A DNA stretch of 64,000 bases from Candidatus Obscuribacteraceae bacterium. Lineage in GTDB: Bacteria > Cyanobacteriota > Vampirovibrionia > Obscuribacterales > Obscuribacteraceae. The stretch spans positions 1,007,791 through 1,071,790 of the forward strand of contig JBGASG010000001.1 in the NCBI GenBank assembly GCA_044229845.1, given 5' to 3'. The position numbers were made by a program, and so were the translations under genes. The notes beneath the pieces are model-generated. The model saw only the letters and a list, made by a program, of their open reading frames with translations, searched no databases and had not been told where the DNA came from. Shown piece after piece: positions 60,584 to 64,000 of the stretch (its first letter is position 1; every line of letters starts with the position of its first letter).

Positions 60584-61512
60584 AGATCACTTATCCCGGA
60601 ATGAATAATAAATCGGAGTTCACCTATTCGCCGACCGGCGGCAGGATGAGGATTGTCGAGACTGTTTCCGGAAGCGTGACAAGCACGAAGCAGTTTATTA
60701 ACGGGGAAGAACGCGATGGCAGCGGCAACGTGACCAAGCAGTTTTTCTCGCGCGGCCAAAGAAACGGCTCCACAAACTACTTTTATGCGAAGGATCATCT
60801 TGGGTCCGTCCGTAGTATGGCCGACAACAGCGGAGCGGCAGTGTCTGATCGGGCATTTGACTCATTCGGAAACGCCCGGGTCATCAACGAGAGCGAAACG
60901 CCTGACTTCGGATATGCCGGAATGTATGTGCACGGAAGGAGTGGTCTCAACCTAACTACGCACAGGGCCTACAGTGCTTCGTTGTCTAGATGGCTATCGA
61001 GAGATCCGCTCAGCGAAGCCGTTTCTGGAAATCTATATAGCTATGTGTCGAATAACCCGGTCAATGCCGTGGATCCTAGCGGGCTACTGCAAATACTAGG
61101 CGTGGAGATCGCGGAACCATTCACTCCATACGTCAACGCACTGGTTAATTCTCATCCGGAGGTTACGAGTGACATGCGCAAATGCGTCATAAATAGACTA
61201 CGGCATAGCATCGGATCAGCAAAGCTTTCGAACATCTATGGTAACCCTGTTCAAACGATCGCCGGCGGAGTTGGATTCGAAGGATTCGAATTAGAGGTAG
61301 GGATCTACGGCACAATAGTCGGATCGTTGGTCAATATTTCGTTTCACGACACCAGGATTCTCAGGCGTTCGTCCGGTAACCTGAATGAGTGGTTCAGTAA
61401 GGATACGCTTGAAGACCTTGATGCGGACGTGGTAGGCGCGTTATGGGGGAACTTACCAACTGAGTTCTTAATTCAAGATGCAATCAAGAAGTGCAAACCA
61501 TGCAAAAAGTAG
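60584..61512 (+). pseudogene. 5'-truncated Rhs3 (orphan tip module)
   Basis: Homology begins at AGATCACTTATCCCGGAATG (ITYPGMNNK); WLSRDPL...DPSGL; distinct tip RLRHSIGSAKLS...EDLDADVVG. Confidence 0.88.
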
Positions 61513-61518
61513 CGGTGA

Positions 61519-62472
61519 TTACCGGCTTTCGTTTGGCAGTCCATCGAAGAGTTCAACAGACTTTACCTCACCTTGTTCGTCCTGCCCAGCAGCATCAACG
61601 TCCTCAGCGATTCCATCGAAAAGCAGGACGCTCGCGGCACCAACTTTCATCACTTGAGGTCCCAGCCTCGCGTAGTGCGATTTTCCGATAATTTCCGATC
61701 TTTTGGACTCACAATCAAGTATCTCAACGACGCGCGTTGACGAGTAGAGCGCGTCTGCAAGCTGCTCGGAAGACAACCCACAGACGATGATGACTTTAGA
61801 CTTCCCGACCTCAATCATGGCGTGCTGGGAGCGGGGAATCGACAAATCTCCACAAGAACTAAATGTATTGCTGATTGGATCAAAAATCTCGCACGACGCA
61901 AGAGGATGTCTGTAATTCTTTTGATAGCCGCCAGACACGACAACCTTTCCGTTTGGTAAAGTCGTCGCGGCAGCATCAATCCTTGAGTATATCATCACGG
62001 GTCCGAGTCGCACAGGACCGCCGCTAGCAGGTACAATCCAGCTGCAATTCAACGGCTGGACCTTTTTGGAATCAGCCAAATATCCACCAGCAATCAAAGT
62101 ATCGCCGTTCTTTAGTTGGCTCCACGCGAAGCGCCCTACCGGCTTGGTCTTGCTTTCAAATGGCAGAGATACGGCCCCCCACGAATCCGCCGCGCCCAAC
62201 TTTAGGGCTAGTGCTTTCTGTCTGGAAGCTGGAGTTTCGCCTAAAGTTTTGTCATTCAAACTGATGGTCGCAGCCTCATGAAATGACCATTTCCCTTGTG
62301 CTGATATCGCTTTTCCGAAGGCATCCACTAAAGAAATCTCAGATGGTGGGACTTGCCGAAAAGCGTTTGGGAGGCGTTCAACAAACTTTGCCTGTCGCAA
62401 CGACGGACCGCACCCACTCAAAAATGATAGAGCTACAAAGGTTGCGGAGAATCTTAGGACAAAGTTTTGCAT
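61519..62472 (-). CDS. Kelch-repeat (beta-propeller) lipoprotein, convergent with Rhs3
   Basis: Lipobox LSGC; Kelch motifs LIAGGY, VVVSGGY and CEIFDP. Confidence 0.8.
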   Translation of the reverse strand: MQNFVLRFSATFVALSFLSGCGPSLRQAKFVERLPNAFRQVPPSEISLVDAFGKAISAQGKWSFHEAATISLNDKTLGETPASRQKALALKLGAADSWGAVSLPFESKTKPVGRFAWSQLKNGDTLIAGGYLADSKKVQPLNCSWIVPASGGPVRLGPVMIYSRIDAAATTLPNGKVVVSGGYQKNYRHPLASCEIFDPISNTFSSCGDLSIPRSQHAMIEVGKSKVIIVCGLSSEQLADALYSSTRVVEILDCESKRSEIIGKSHYARLGPQVMKVGAASVLLFDGIAEDVDAAGQDEQGEVKSVELFDGLPNESR

Positions 62473-62595
62473 TTCTCCGACTAGTATAAACCGCCGCAGC
62501 TGCTAAATTACCGCACCGATTTTGCCGCTTCTTGTTCAGTTTAAGGTCGGTGAAGAGCAGATGCGCGAGAAGCAATCCGCCTCTGCGCGCCCGCG

Positions 62596-63881
62596 GCAGG
62601 TTAAAGCAGGATAACATCCCGCTACAAGCCACACCCCGTGCCCATTACGCTGTTTGCAATTACTTTGTAGTTGTTATCGGCGGCACCAAGGTTTCGCACG
62701 TCGGAACCTTTCATCGTTAACGCGACAATGGACGATCCAGCGATAGCTCCCTACAGTCCGGGTTCCAGGCAACTCAGAACGCGAAAATACTTCGCCGCCG
62801 CTCGGCGGAGGCAATGGTTGCCATGTTGGGACAGGGCCTGGCGTCGAGCCGCCAGCGCAGCACGAGCCTTCCAGGTTCGCTTGGCGAGGCCGCGGCGACG
62901 GTCAATGTGCGAGCAGCATGTGCGCATGTTCGTCATTCTTTTCAATCCTGTGAGCTTTGGCGAGCAGCAGGATAAAGCGATGATTTCATTTTGGAGCAGG
63001 CACCACGGGCGGTGCCTTGCCATGGTTTCAGAAAGTACCCCACATAATGCCGGGTACTCGAAATAGGCTCCTGGTGACCGCAGAACGGCAGTCGCCAATC
63101 CCTGCTGCGTTCCAAACATCATGTCCCTATCTTTCTCTTCCTTTCCCTGAATTCACCTCGATGCCTGTGGTCATCCGACACTATATACGGTGGCATTCTG
63201 GGAACCATCCGCCGTTTCCCGCGTCAACGGGAACTGATGAGTTTACTCGTCATCCCTCCTCGACCCGTCGAGGAACCGGCAAGCACCCTGCTTGCATCAA
63301 CGTCCAAGCGCACTGCGCGCGTGTTCAGAGGTATGAATGCGTTTAACACAAATCTGTGTTCGCTTCCCCAAGGAGATGACAGAAGAAGTCACCCGGCTGG
63401 CGAAAGTGAACGGACTCACGCCCTCGGAAATGGTTCGTGAGCTGGTCCGCGACGGAATCGTCGTCCGGGCCGAGGCACTGACCAACTCTCAATTCGCCTA
63501 CGTAGAGAAACGTCTGCGGCGAATGGAAGACCGATTCGCTGGCTGGATGATCAAACTCAGCAAAGCCATTTCGATGGTCTGGTTCTTCGTCGAGGAACTT
63601 GCGCTCTACGAAGTCGATGAAAAGGACCAAATAGCATTGAAGGAAGCCGCAAAAAGCTTCGCGAGGCAATTTCTCCAACAAAAGACCTCCAGCCATCTCA
63701 AGGATGACCAGGAGCATGTGGACCAGGAGTAGCAAGCCTGAGGAAGCCACCGAAAGCGTACCACGCACTCAACGCTGCGCAAAGGCGGTTTCAATGGCTC
63801 CGAGCAGGCAATTAGCCTGACGTTCCGTGGTTCCACACCACGCCGACGGAAATGGACCTCCTGGAGGTAGCGCGCCTGCGC
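62596..63881 (+). repeat. 1.3-kb module, copy B
   Basis: Colinear with 54943-56240; homology stops at the base of the copy A hairpin. Confidence 0.9.
63337..63732 (+). CDS. RHH (CopG/TrwA/MobC-like) protein, copy B
   Basis: 131 aa, near-identical to 55684-56079. Confidence 0.7.
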   Translation: MRLTQICVRFPKEMTEEVTRLAKVNGLTPSEMVRELVRDGIVVRAEALTNSQFAYVEKRLRRMEDRFAGWMIKLSKAISMVWFFVEELALYEVDEKDQIALKEAAKSFARQFLQQKTSSHLKDDQEHVDQE

Positions 63882-64000
63882 TCTTATATTGAACTTGACA
63901 GCTTTGATATGTGGTTAGGTAATTATTGAGAGATCGGAGAGAGGAGAGTAAACCGAGCCTGCGCCCAGTGCAAAACCTGTCATATGGAGATTTGCGACTC

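Noticed and set aside
1..64000. CRISPR arrays, rRNA or tRNA genes
   Set aside because: No regularly spaced repeat-spacer array or recognisable structural RNA gene seen; a tRNAscan/Infernal run would be needed to exclude them fully.

Overview
Bacterial chromosomal window. Gene style suggests Vampirovibrionia/Obscuribacterales (Melainabacteria); this is inference only. Bases 1-31,000 are mostly core or housekeeping genes: a TetR-controlled EmrAB-type efflux pair, a non-discriminating aspartyl-tRNA synthetase, dprA, secreted hydrolases and a serpin, an FtsZ/tubulin-like + vWA + macrodomain operon, a degenerate GGDEF-pseudokinase next to nurA, and mqnE. The aspartyl-tRNA synthetase gene is preceded by what looks like a complete Asn/Asp-rich leader-peptide attenuator. 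Bases 31,000-64,000 are an accessory Rhs polymorphic-toxin locus: one full-length 2507-aa Rhs and two 5'-truncated Rhs fragments, each with a different C-terminal tip. Between the Rhs copies lie tyrosine-integrase elements. The first is a phage-satellite-like island with primase, helicase, AlpA-like and XerC-like genes and a SMODS/CD-NTase + SLATT (CBASS-like) pair. The second integrase is split at its first codons by an IS66 with intact inverted repeats and an 8-bp target duplication. Each integrase has its own paired repeat motif upstream, and the same motif recurs about 100-125 bp before the next truncated rhs fragment. A 1.3-kb RHH/oriT-like module follows two of the tips. Together this suggests integrative elements that target rhs genes and exchange toxin tips.
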